A DNA stretch of 64,000 nucleotides from the NCBI RefSeq assembly GCF_018977255.1, contig NW_024704759.1, forward strand, positions 8,618,001 through 8,682,000, written 5' to 3'. The DNA comes from Callorhinchus milii. Lineage: Eukaryota. Positions 51,727 to 63,690 of this stretch are shown here, one piece after another (the stretch's first letter is position 1; every line of letters begins with the position of its first letter). The notes under the pieces are model-generated. The model had not been told where the DNA came from, did not search any database, and saw nothing but the letters and a program-made list of their open reading frames with translations. The translations under genes were made by a program, and so were the position numbers.

Positions 51727-51740
51727 GTGCCCTCCAGTGG
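51727..51740 (-). promoter_or_regulatory. Candidate CTCF core motif
   Basis: Minus strand CCACTGGAGGGCAC versus consensus CCACYAGRGGGCRC, one mismatch. Confidence 0.4.
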
Positions 51741-52189
51741 CTCAGGGTATGAACCTCAACATTGCAAAAACTAAAGTGTTGGTTGCAATGGTATCGCTGA
51801 AATCTTTCAAAGGGTTAAATGACACTGATATGGTGGGGTTTCATGCATAGAAAATCCTGACTATCACCTAACGATTCTGTTATATCCAACGTGTAAACAG
51901 AGCACAGATCTACATTGGCAGCTCAATAGGAATGCTTGTGTAGAACTGTGGGCCATTTAAGTATTTTGACAATATTATTGCATTGGGCCATGGGCTGAAA
52001 ATCTTCACTCAGTTACCTGCTTGTGAGTGTCATTTTACAGATCTGGTAAGCAGTATCACCTCACAAGCTTGGACTGAACGAAGTCCTAGAACTGTTGACC
52101 TTTTTTATTTGGATTCATTGGGATGTCAAAACAATTGCTTGAACTCAGTCTTAATTTTATAAGAATGTACAAGAAAAACAGCTTCTGGG

Positions 52190-52305
52190 CTTCACCCACA
52201 AAATACACAGTCAATTCACTTTACAGTATATTCTACAAAGCACTTCAAGACGTCTCGAAGACGTGATAAGGCGCTATATCAAATGCAAGGAATATTATTA
52301 TTATT
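52190..52305 (+). mobile_element. SINE 3' tail
   Basis: cccacaaaatacacagtcaattcactttacag...gataaggcgctatatcaaatgcaagg. Confidence 0.88.
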
Positions 52306-52469
52306 TAATGAAAAGACCTCTGGTAACTAATCCAAGTCTTGTCTCTCGTGATGTCCATTTCATGATGTCACTCAATGTAAGGATTTCTATGCACTTGTCT
52401 TCTTGACAGCAAGCTCCTTCACTATCATAAATTCAACATTATAAATTCACCGTAAATAATGAGCACTGA

Positions 52470-52820
52470 CCTACCTTTAATTGCATGAATGACAAAAAAC
52501 ACTGCAATAATGCTAAAGCTGGCGGGGATCCAATAAATTTATATGTAGCTTTGAAATTGTGTAAATCATATTTTAGTGATATTACTGACCCTTGTCAGCC
52601 GCAGACACCGCCCTGTCAAATAAATCAACAAAACTGAACCTTCAATTAGCAACATTTTAAAATGCGCCATGATTCACAGGTTTCTCTCTTATCACGCTGT
52701 CTTGTTAATCAGAGATAACACCTTAGAGAACTTAGCACATCGCACGAAAATGTGATTAGCTCATTTTCCGAGGGCCCAAATGAGCCTGATTGTCCTGTGG
52801 CAACAATAACTACCCTAGTC
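52470..52820. promoter_or_regulatory. Candidate conserved enhancer with PBX-HOX and MEIS sites
   Basis: Minus strand TGATTTAT-T-TGACAG (52613-52627), TGATTTAC (52561-52568) and TTTATTGG (~52529). Confidence 0.45.
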
Positions 52821-53322
52821 ATGATCCAGGAGCCCTTCAGGGAGAATTGAGAGTCGTCTTGCTTCAGATAACTTTAGCAACTGACAGCCAGGGGTTTGGC
52901 CAATTGGGCAGGGCTGTGGTCCAGGTTGGACGATGAATGCAGGCCCAGTAAACTTTTTTAAGTGAAAAAGATCAAATGGCATTTTTTATCAATATATATC
53001 TGGCAGTTTGCTGCCTTTATTTTTGACGTGATTGCTTAGAATAACAATATAAAAAGGCCATTTCTCCTAAAACTTCCCAACGTTTCACTCCACATGCTGT
53101 CAACTGAAGGAATCATGAACACAATTGCACACAGGAGATCAAAGCACTGCATGTGCTCACACAGTGAAAGCCGTTGCATCCTAAAACGATGGGGTAATGA
53201 AATGTAGGAAATTCCAACTGTATTTAGATCTACTCTATTTAAGTAGCATTACTCAGCATCCAGAATTTGGCAAGTTGTTGAATCAAATCTTAATTTTGAA
53301 GTCTATTTCCTGCAGTGTTTAA

Positions 53323-54239
53323 CCACAACAATAGATTACACACTTGTGTGGCACCCTTCACGTCGGAAAGACATCCCAGGGCGCTAGACAATAAGGGGTT
53401 TTGGACCCTAGCTGGGAGTTCGGGTCAGAAGGGGAGGAGGGGAGGGAGGGGGTTGGGGTTGGAAGGTGGCCGAAGGCACGCACGGTTGAAGAGGAAGGTC
53501 ATCAGACAGGACTTGAAGGAAGCAAAAGAGGGGGTGAGGTGGTGGGATTGCAGGATACAGTTTTAGAGTGTGAGGATAGAGATGCTGAATGGTGGGGCGG
53601 GAAGTGCAGGGACCTGAAACAGGCCAGTGTCCTCCGAGCAGATAGTGGCAGGCTGATATGGGGTTATGAGGTCAGAGAGATAGGGGGGAGCAAAACCATG
53701 AAGGTTTTGTACTCAATTTTCTGAGAAATGGGGAGCCAGTGAAGCCGGGCAAGAACGGGGGTGATCGGTTCACGGAGCCTGGTGCGGGAGAGGACACGAG
53801 CTGCAGAATTATGAATAATCTGCAACTTGTGGAGGGAAGAGTCGGAAGGTCCAGTGAGCAGGCAGTTGGCGTAGTCAAGCCGAGACATAATGAAAGCATG
53901 GATCAGGGTCTCGGCGGCATGTGGTGAGAGGCAGTGGAGGAGTCGGTCAATGTTGCGGACATGTGGAAAGGCAGAACAGGTCAAGACATGAACGTGGGGT
54001 TTGAAGGATAGCTGAGGAAAAGGACACAGAGGTTTCGGATTGGCTGGGTGAGGTGAAGAGTGCAGCCATGACTGGTGATAGTGTCAGCGGCTGAGGTGAG
54101 GAGGCGCTGCCGTGAGCCAAGCAGGAGGGCCTCTGTCTTGCCAACACTGAGCAGGAGGAAGTTGGCTCTCGTCCAGGGCTAGATAACAGATAGACAATTA
54201 GCCAGGACATCAACGATCCTGGAGTCGAGGGTCGAGTAC
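53323..54239 (-). mobile_element. L2 LINE, 5'-truncated (~0.9 kb), inserted at a palindrome apex
   Basis: AAETLIHAFIMSRLDYANCLLTG...LQIIHNSAARVLSRTRLREPITPVLARLHWLPI; TTAA on both sides (53319-53322, 54240-54243). Confidence 0.95.
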
Positions 54240-54645
54240 TTAAAATAACTTACAGAAAACAGCTTCGGAATTCAAGCTGAGTTGAACAATTTGCCAAATT
54301 CTGAATGCTCAGAAATGCTACGTAAATAGGATTTCTCCTAAATGGTCCTTTCTGCTGTTGTTAAGCAGAATGATAATAAATTACATCTTTATACCTGCAT
54401 AGGATTAATTTTGTCCAAATTGCTGAGAGCTTTCGTAATGAGCTTCCCTCCATCCCAATGAATCCAACATTTCATTTGCAGTCCATCTGACACAGGTTGC
54501 TAAGCTTTAAATAGGAAAACAAAACAATTAGATTTACTGAGCAGTTTACCAATTCCGTTAATTCCGTGTCTGCTTACTGTTATTTTAGTAAAATGTTAAA
54601 AGCTCCCTTGTGTAACCTAAGCCGTTCAGTGCATATCATCACAAA

Positions 54646-54994
54646 ATCAAGCCCTCCTCGGGACTCATTGACTCACCTGACATTCAGGTGCAGTGGTGGC
54701 GAAACATTGCATTGTTGGAGGTCCCACTTTCGGATGACAGGTTAAGATGAGGTCACACCTGCATTTTCAGGTCCAGGTGAAATATCTAGTGGCACTATTG
54801 AAAAAGAGAAGAGAGTTTCTCCTGGTGTCCTGGCCCAAATAAAACTAGTCATTCAATGGCTTGTGGGACATTGCTGTGCTCACATCGGCTAATGCGTCTG
54901 CCTGCAAAATAGTTAGTCGCTACTCTTATGGGGTATCCTGTGAAGTGCTTTGAGACATCCTCCCGACGTGAAAGGCACTACATCAATTGCAAGG

Positions 54995-55021
<27 letters not shown>
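54646..55021 (+). mobile_element. Deu-domain SINE, head truncated, long (ATT)n tail
   Basis: ttggaggtcccactttcggatga...tggcactattgaaaaagagaagagagtttctcctggtgtcctggcc. Confidence 0.87.
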
Positions 55022-55025
<4 letters not shown>

Positions 55026-55129
55026 GTAAGGTATAGGAACTCTCAGTGATTTTCACACTAATGACTCATCGATTTAATGGGACTGAGAAAGCAAAACCAG
55101 AGCAATATTTTTTGGAAGTACCAGGATAT

Positions 55130-55270
55130 CAGGATAAGGAGACATAGGTTTGGGGTTGCAAAGGACATTGTCAAAGGTTGCAATTTCAGGACAGACATCA
55201 GGAAATATTTATTTATCTTGAGGCTGATGTGGAGGTTATGTTCTTTTTATGTGAGTGACACATCTGAATG
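55130..55270 (+). mobile_element. CR1 fragment; 55182-55270 is repeated at 56310-56400
   Basis: RRHRF...GCNFRTDIRKYLF matches CR1 TRGH...FRTD.RK.FF. Confidence 0.65.
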
Positions 55271-55880
55271 CCTATGTTACTAACTGCATGTGATAGCAAC
55301 GGGTGGCACTGCATCTGCTCAAATAAATGATTTTTATTACAAATATAGCTGCTCGTCAAAAAGTTTAAGCAGCAATTATAAATGTGTATAACAAGAAAAA
55401 ACGGAGAGCAATTCTATTGCTCATCTGTTCAGTCTTAGCTGTGGAAGGCAAGGCACAATGTCATCACGATTGACTGAAGTGACAGCGGGGTTGGAAACAG
55501 CAAAGCTGGAAACAGCGACCATGACAGAAATTGGATTTCCTACAGGGAATTTCCTGTATGTTACTCTGACTCACAATATTTCAGCTTCTGACCCAGTTTT
55601 GTTCTTTTTCAGTGCATTCTGCCCAAAATGTCCTGCATTATTTCAGGCAGCCTGCTTCGCACACACATGCATGAAAATGAAGTGTTCTGCCCACCTGGAA
55701 AAACAAAATACAAGGATTATTACCTTGTGGTATCCTTCTTCAATTAACATTGTCAAATCTGCAGCGAAAAGTGTTGTCTCTATCCCAGTGAGCAGACAAG
55801 CCAGGGCTCTTCGATCATGATGGAGGATGTCTCAGAGGGTACAGTATAGAGTGCATACAATTTAAATGAGATTGAAGTAC

Positions 55881-56305
55881 ACCAACAACAACAACTTGCA
55901 CTTATACAGCGCCTTCCATGCAGGGTCGCATCTCAGAGCGCTTAACAATGGCGGAGCCTGACTCCGAGCTGGGGGAAGGGGAAGGTTGAAGATGAAAATT
56001 TTCAGGCAGGAAAGAGGAGAGAGAGGGGGCAAGGTGGAGGGATTGAGGGAGAGTGTTCCAGTGTTTCGGGGTTCAGTGGCTGAAAGCGCGACCTCCGATG
56101 GTGGGGCGGAGGGTGTGAGGAATGAGCAGGAGGACGGTGTCAGTTGAGTGGAGGCACCGGGCGATGGATTGGGGAGTTAGGAGATCGGAGAGGTAGGGAG
56201 GTGCCAGGGAGTGAATGGGTTTGAACACGAGTGTGTGGATCTTGAAGTCGATCCATTTGGTGATGGGGAGACAGTGGATCCTGGCCAGAACTGGTGAGAT
56301 GTGGA
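55881..56305 (-). mobile_element. L2 LINE, 5'-truncated
   Basis: (aac)n tail, cttgcacttatacagcgcc; gatcttgaagtcgatccatttggtgatggggagacagtggatc encodes .HCLPITKWIDFKI on the minus strand. Confidence 0.9.
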
Positions 56306-57273
56306 GGGGAATTTCAGGATAGACACCAGGAAATATTTATTTATCTCGAGGCTGATGTGGGGGTTAAATTATTTCTTGATGTGAATGACATATCTGAATG
56401 TGACACACCTGAAGTAAACCCAGGACAATACAATGCACCAGACAATAGACAAGAGGACATGGGTTCTCAGTGTCACAATTCTACACAATTTTAATCCCAT
56501 TGAATTCCTGTCAATCTGTGGGAACTCCGCCCCAGATGTAAATTGTATTAGAGAAGAGTAAGCAGTGACTTACTCGAGGTTTCCAGAGGGAGATAGCATT
56601 AAAAGGTCAAATTATATCAAATTAAACAGCGTTGAAGTTTAATTTTGTTCAACATCAATGACGTTTGATCCAGAGTGAGCGATGGCAGGCACACTGCTCC
56701 ACAGAATCCATAGGCATCCTCTTCAAATCATACATTTGGATTTGGTGGGCTGCATCTCTTCAATTACATGGGAACACAGATTTGGTTCACCAGGGGTCTG
56801 AGTCAATATTTGAAGAGAGATCAAAGAGCTGAGAGGACGAAGAAAATATAAACTGAAAACCATTGTCTAAAAGCAGAAGTGTCATGATCGGCCAAGTTTA
56901 AATTCTGAATGTACAACTTTGTGTTGGAGAGAGGTGCAAAGTATGGTATTATCGTAATCAGAGCCTCAGCTTTACCGAAAATAATAGATTGTTTGCAATT
57001 TATTAAGACTCCCAATGAGATTCGAAACATGCTTTGTTTATATTTTATATTCTTATACACCTGGCTATATACCAACCCAAGTCTTATAGTTTGGCTGTTA
57101 ATGATAGGCTGGAGAGATTGAGGGTAGCAATTCTGTAATACTTTTAATTAGCTGTTTTAAACTGGACAAAAACTAGTGAGTGAAATTGAGTCCCGATAAA
57201 GAGTGCAGAACTGGGAAGAGAGGGAGCATTCCTGGTTGTCTGACTGAGAGGGGATAGGTTAGTGATAAAGGAA

Positions 57274-57367
57274 GGGGTGAAATTTGCAGTGTTTTGCAAT
57301 CAAGGCAGATAATTACAAAAATTGACAAAAGACAAAACACATTGTGAAATGTCGCAAATTTCACCCC
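57274..57367. mobile_element. 94-bp MITE with perfect 14-bp terminal inverted repeats
   Basis: ggggtgaaatttgc ... gcaaatttcacccc, with further imperfect pairing inside. Confidence 0.75.
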
Positions 57368-58129
57368 CAAGAACACAGCTGAAATTACAACAACAACAAC
57401 AGCTTACATTGCACAGTGCGCCCTTCACATAGAATAGGGTCTCGGAATGGGGCAAAGCTCAAACACAGCTTCTTGTGATACTTGAGTGAATGAAAACTTC
57501 ACAGAATCACAAACAATAAGGCACAGCATGTTCATAAAGAGTCAAAAACAAATTGAAATCCTCTCCATGTATGAAGTATTAGTTGCAATCCTGGTGAAAA
57601 CTACTTGAAAAGAATATCATGTTCCCTAACTCCAGTGAAGGGTTTACTTAACAAAGATAAAATCCATTACCATGACAGTACAAAATAACAGAATTACAGT
57701 TATAGAGCTAACTCACAACATAGTGCCATGTCTAACTGTAAACTTCATCCAATGCCATGTATTGTACGATCCATTTACATCGTACACCGCATTTCAATAA
57801 CAATAACATTGTGAAAGAGATTGCTTGAAAAGCATCAGTAATGGGCCAGATTTATGATCCCAATAGAACAGCACCACCATGGAACTTTAAGCTACCTGTT
57901 TTGTAGATCTGAAGATGGTAAGGAATAAGATAAGAGAATACTAGCATTACATTGGTGGATCTCCCTGATGGCTAGCATTTGAACTATAAGATATCTTTGC
58001 CACAGACAATGAACATTTTTGTTTAATGTTTAAAAGGGATGTCTTTCTTGCTCTCTGAGACTTTTTGATATACAATGTTCCTGTTGGTTTAGGCAACCAG
58101 TCATACCAGTAAGAGGGTTTAAGCACCAA

Positions 58130-58310
58130 TTAGCTAGAGTGGCGAGAAGCAGGGTTGTACAGGGTTAATATAGGGTGCAAAACTCTGGGAGGAATCAAGC
58201 AATCCCACAATAAATTAAATATGTGGTACAGACTCCCAACAAAAACTGTGTCAATTAACTCCTTCAAAAGAAAACCAAATGAGTGGCCATAGGAGAAGGG
58301 TATAGGAATG
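58130..58310 (+). mobile_element. CR1 3' fragment, degraded
   Basis: atgtggtacagactccca...aactccttcaaaagaaaacc...ggagaagggtataggaatg. Confidence 0.5.
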
Positions 58311-58920
58311 TAAGAAAGTATTATAATACCGTGGGGGGAGGGAAAATATTGGCTGAGAAGAGAAGGATACTAGTTTTTGAATAGTGTAGATATAGACTCT
58401 GCCGTGTAAATTGAAGAATATTCTGAAATCATTGTTTACTTGCCTTTAGGGTTCAGGAAGTGTCTGTGCAGAGCTTTTCCTGGGAGATGTAGAGGGTGGA
58501 GTGGGTGGATTCCGTGATAGGGTAAATTCTGGATTGCTTGTGGAGGTAACAGGATTACTGGGGTGAAAAGCCTTTCCTCCTCCAATGCTGTCTTATATAC
58601 TTGCGCGCTCTCTCTTGAAGCAGCAAAACAAATGACAGCACATCAAGTTCAGGATCAAGAGCAACTCCACAGCTCTGGGGATAAACTGTAGATTAAAGCC
58701 AGTTTGTGTTTGTGAGCAGTTTTTTTTAAAAAAAATCACAATTAGAGGACATTATCGTAAAGAACAAAACAAATGCAATTTGTGATTATGCGGAACTGCA
58801 ATCTCCATCTCTGACAGAGTTCAGACATGGGAACCAAACCAGTCACTGCATGTTCAAGAAAACCATCACTGCAAGCTCTTTACTGCCACAGAGAACGCAG
58901 GAATTGGAAATAAATCGTAT

Positions 58921-59049
58921 TGACTGCTTGCCATCTGTAGGCTACTGCAGATAGAGAATTCTCAGATCCATTGGTAAGGTTCACTGACTGCATGATGCTA
59001 AGGCTGCTTGGGGGCAAAAGGCTCTCAGATTCTTCAGTAAGGTTCACTG
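58921..59049 (+). repeat. Degenerate ~63-bp tandem duplication
   Basis: ctcagat......gtaaggttcactg at 58961 and 59024. Confidence 0.7.
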
Positions 59050-61819
59050 GCAAAAATCACATGTAAGGTATCCAGAGAGTTGTGCTGGAAAGGTTTACTC
59101 ACTGTGGGCTGATAGGGGTGTCTGGAGACATGAGATTGTGATTCTGCCTGGATTATGCTTTCCTACTTTGTTTGGAGTCCAGATAAAATATGAAAGGAAT
59201 CAGATTAGAGGCACGTGACTCTTAAGCAGACCATTATCCAAACATCACCGCCATGTCAAGTAGCTTCTCTCGGTCATCAATTCTGGTGGCCTTTTGGCCA
59301 ACTCCCTGGAGACTTTTCATACCAATCTGTTGGTTTGGAAGGCAGCTTTGAGATTTGTAGGAGGGTGATACTCATTATTAATGGGATAGGTCCATAGCGA
59401 AAATGGAAACAGTCCTCCTGACGCACACCACATAAATTCTGCCATAAAGATGTTCAGGAGCATCTCTGTCTGATCATGCATTAGACATGTCAGCTATTAA
59501 ATGCTATAAAAAACAAGCCTTTTATTGCTCTGAATGTACTTATACTGCTGCAAATTGCTCTGTTTTTCAGCATTTGATGTGATGTTATTGCTGTCAAGGT
59601 TTAAAAATTCCTCATCAAAATTGACAGACATAAGTTATATCAATATGTATAAAATCATTTTATTGTCAATCATATCTAAGTAACATTTTCTTAATATTTA
59701 AGTCAGTCGGATGTTTTATACAAATACAAATTAAGAGTTCATTGTAACTCATCTTTGATGATCATTCCATCACTCCCTGTGATGGGAAATACAATGCAAG
59801 TTACATTTATATAGCACTTTTTATATTGGAAGGATGTCTCAAAGCGTTTGACAACACTGAATGTGCACCAAGGGTAATACCAACTGAACCTGGCTGACAA
59901 ATAATGATTTAAGGTCCTGGCTAACATCAAGAGCAGAAGTCAGTAAAGAATGAACAGAGCAAACATGAATAACGTGAGAATTCCCAGAACATTTGAAAAT
60001 CATCATTAGACAACACACATTAAAGTTTGAGACATATAATTAAATGTAAGACAAAGCACATCTGGTATGAGTTTTCTTTATTGTCAATTGGTGAATTCTA
60101 ACCATACTAATGAAACATTACGACAAATACAATACTTTTGACATTGTCTTTCAGAGGGACAGTACTGTTGCAACGAGATGTGCTTGAACACAGTGAGTTC
60201 CATTACTTGATTGTCTCTTCAGGGAGTTTAGGCAAGAAGATTCCCCATAGGTAGGAAGGATATGTCATAGTCAGTGATGGATATAGATAGCATTCTGTTA
60301 CCTATTTAGTTAAGGGTCTTTCATCTCCCTCTACCCAGTTCTTACTCTCAGCTGCAAGAAGGTGTATCAATCAACTGTGGTGAATCCCAGCAAAGCCACA
60401 ATAGACCACCAATGAGACTTTGCTACCCTGAGCAGGCAATACATTACAGGCCCATTCTGCAAGGTTCTTCCATCCTGCACATGGCTTATCACAAGAGATT
60501 TTGGACCATCCATTTCATTCTGCACAGTCATACTTCAGTCTCTCGACTATCCCCTCTCAGTACCCAACAGGAACAAATACCACCCAAACTTCAAACACCT
60601 TGAGCCTGCAGACACTACCGGCTCCAAGTTTTTTCTAACAGGGCCTAGCCAACAAGTAGTTACATCCAAATATCTGAACATTGTAAAACCCTCACTGCTC
60701 TAAACTGCCACTAAGTCTTATGCAGATCATGGGCAAAATAAAATGTAAATCAATTTGAATTTGCAAATCGATTCTATTTAAGTAATACAGAAAACCGTCT
60801 TCCAAATCAATACTGAACTTAAGAATTTTCTACAATTCTGCGTAATTGCACATTGTAAGACAGAAATGCTCTCCCAGGGTAAGTCGAGGTGAAATTTCAG
60901 GCCTGGTGTGCCTACAAGTACCATATACCCTGAATTGTCACATGTACTCTGCAAAGCTCCACAATCTAAGAATGCATACAAACCTGTATAACTTGTGTAT
61001 TTTTTTTAAAAATAAACGAGGACCTTGCAAGTTATCATTGTCCTGTTTGCATTAATGGGAGAGAGAGAGAAAAAAAAACAGTTTCGCTTTTGGAACTTTT
61101 TTCCGACAATTATGGCTGCAAAGGCAATGTGTGCCTTCATTAAATGTGACTAGTGAGGATTCTGCTCTAAATCAGTTTCCTGTAGATTTAAGTCTTATAG
61201 GACTTTAAGCTGATAAATCTTTTCTTGTATATTTTGCAGCATGCCTGTGGCCTCGGCTGCTTCATCCCCTGATACCTCTTCCCGGGATTTGTCTCCAGAG
61301 ACCGTCTACTTTGCTTCTGCTGCTTCAGCTAGTCTGTGATCCTGGTGAATCTAATGAACAAATTACAAGAGCCTTTAAGGCCTGCAGCAAAGATTTAGAG
61401 CAAAGGTTGAAAGTACAATTTCACGTTTATCAGATAAAACAGCAGAGAATCTAATTTTCAAATTGAAATTTCTGGAGGGAGTGTTTGACGAATCTCCCTT
61501 TATATAAGCAATAAAGGGCATAATTTATTGCACAATAAATCAAGAGGCCTGATTCAATTGATGCCGACATCATTTGCTATTTGGTTTGGTTACTGAAGCA
61601 GCTCCTGGCTGCTAAACGCGTTTATTAAATTATATAATAATTTCCAAGTATATAAAAAAAGGGCAGAAAACAATCCTAATAAAACCATGTCAGCGTGAAA
61701 ACCCATGGACGAGATTATCAGTCTAAAGAGACAATATTTGTGAACTTGGTGAAGTGAAAACTGGTATACTTTGAACTAATTTAGATCTAAGCTTAAATAT
61801 CAGTCACTGATATCAGTTA

Positions 61820-62000
61820 AGTTAATAACTACAGTTGACCTGAGTGACCTCGGTCTTGAGGAGCAGAGAGTGTAAAACAAAGCCCCAAGTTGCCCTCCTG
61901 ATTGTTGTCCAGTAGCTTCTGTTGCAAAGTGTTCTTGTACGGATGTTAGGATTCGAAGTAACTGTAACACCCACTATAGTCAAATTGCCTGTCAATAAAC
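61820..62000 (+). mobile_element. Ancient SINE (same family as 36085), body fragment
   Basis: ctcctgattgttgtccagt...aaagtg...ggatgttagg...caaattgcctgtcaa mirrors the reverse complement of 63120-63240. Confidence 0.5.
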
Positions 62001-63009
62001 CAGTGCTACCAAATATAACATTGGTTCTTTTTATTGATGGATGAGGCTGGGAGGCCTGAAATTCAACCCAGACTTAATCTGTAAGGCCATTTTTGCCCTT
62101 TAAATTTCAAGACAAATGGGTGTTAACACAAGGGTAGAATTGTGAGCTTCTGGTGCATTAGTCCCTCTCAGTTGGCTAATCTTTGAAGACAGATTGAGTG
62201 CAGAGGACCTGTCTACACTCCTGACTCTCATCTGGATGATCCACAGGGGCACCAATTAATTTGTGGTGCTTGCAGGTACACTTACTGTGTGTGTGGAAGA
62301 TATCAGTGTGTGCCTTGCATAATGCATTTGGTTGCTCTTCACCCGTTTCTCCAGTATGGAGAACAGGATGATTGAAGTGGGTGCAACAGAGAAAAAACCA
62401 TCTGCTATGGGATGGTGAGTTAGAAGCAGATGTTGCAGATCTGATAGGATGCTGCGCACACATCCTAGTCCTTGAAGGACACCTGTCCTCAAAAGAGAAC
62501 CGAATGAATTCTGACTTCATCAACATTTGATGTCCAATATACAAGTTTTATGTATCTCTGACATAAGATTCCCAGTTTAAAGGAAAATATATCTATGACA
62601 GAGTAAGACATCAATGAAAGAGAAAGAATGTACACGCTCACACTTTACAATAGCACAGGTGGTGCAGATAAAACACACACTAAGAGATCTGTTATCATTC
62701 ATTTCTGTCTTTGGATGTCATCCCCTGCACATTGATCTCAGTGTAAAAAGTCAATTAAAATAACGATTTTCTTAAACTGCCTAAACCTCTCATCTCAGAA
62801 ATACTTTATCAACAAGAAAGTTAGAACTTGAAATGACTGAACGCTAGCACCATCCCTGGTAATGTTATGCATGGCTTACATAATTAAAATCCCCAAATCT
62901 ATTTTCATATAATCTTCCCCGGTATTGGAAATGCTAGGAAAGAGAATCACAGCAGTGCTATTGATTCTACTTTGGTTTAAAGTCTTCTAATCATTACCAA
63001 TTTAAAACA

Positions 63010-63345
63010 AGTTCTCGCTAGTTTGTCCTTTCCTCTCCTGAAGCCTTGTGCTGTTCCTCCAGAGAACAACAACTGCTCTTAACCAAGTGCCAATTCTTCA
63101 CGTGTGAGGAATGTGTGAGTATCGGCAGGTTATTTGGCTGTGGAGAGGGGATGTCACAGCTGATCCCAATGCTGCCTTCACCCAACATCCGCATGTACAA
63201 GGTTTCCAGGAGTGGTTACCGGATAGCATTCAGAACAGTTCCCTGACTGACATTTCTCTCTCTAGCCCAGAGGTACTGGGTCTATTCTTAGCATCTCTAA
63301 GGGGCGACCCCTCTTGAAATCAGTCAATGTAACACAGATTAGATT
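63010..63345 (-). mobile_element. Ancient SINE (same family as 36085), body and 3' part
   Basis: ccctgactgacatttctctctctagcccag is the reverse complement of the 36225-36250 motif; also ggcaggttatttggctgtgg...tcacccaacatcc. Confidence 0.6.
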
Positions 63346-63559
63346 TGGCTGATCTCAAAGGCTCAGTTTCACATTACCAAATTATTTGTTTGCTGCCCAG
63401 TTTTATTTTCACGCTACTATTTAAAAAGTCTTGTTGTTATTTGATATGATGAATTGTCTCTGACACTTTCAATCCATGATATTGTTGAATAAAACGTTTC
63501 ACTTTATTGCACTGCAGGTTTCTACACAGTGCTCAGAGTTGAAAGTCCAATACTGCAGA

Positions 63560-63690
63560 TTGCTCACGCTCTCGCCTCTGGGTCAGAAGGATATGGATTA
63601 ATCATCCAGGTTGATGCTGCAGTGCAGATCTGGGTAAGCACTGTCTTGTCAGAAGTGCTGTCCTTCAATTGAAACATGGAAACGACTGTA
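63560..63690 (+). mobile_element. Deu-SINE 5' fragment
   Basis: ctctcgcctctgggtcagaagg...ccaggttgatgctgcagtgcag...gaagtgctgtccttc. Confidence 0.65.

Noticed and set aside
58303-58325. miR-1/206-like ggaatgtaagaaagta
   Set aside because: It has mismatches including the seed start, no hairpin, and lies in CR1-derived sequence.
58921-59110. CRISPR-like repeat-spacer pattern
   Set aside because: Only two or three degenerate units with similar intervening sequence in vertebrate DNA, so an old tandem duplication.
61240-61340. Exon after ttttgcag encoding MPVASAASSPDTSS...
   Set aside because: Short and low-complexity, with no convincing donor or homology.
62176-62544. 122-aa His/Cys-rich ORF
   Set aside because: No zinc-finger spacing, no splice signals and no family resemblance.
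142-63317. The many 60-145-aa ORFs as host genes
   Set aside because: Recognisable ones are L2 or CR1 fragments or SINE read-through (recurrent KDPMALF, IIIII). The rest resemble no protein I know and show no exon chain.
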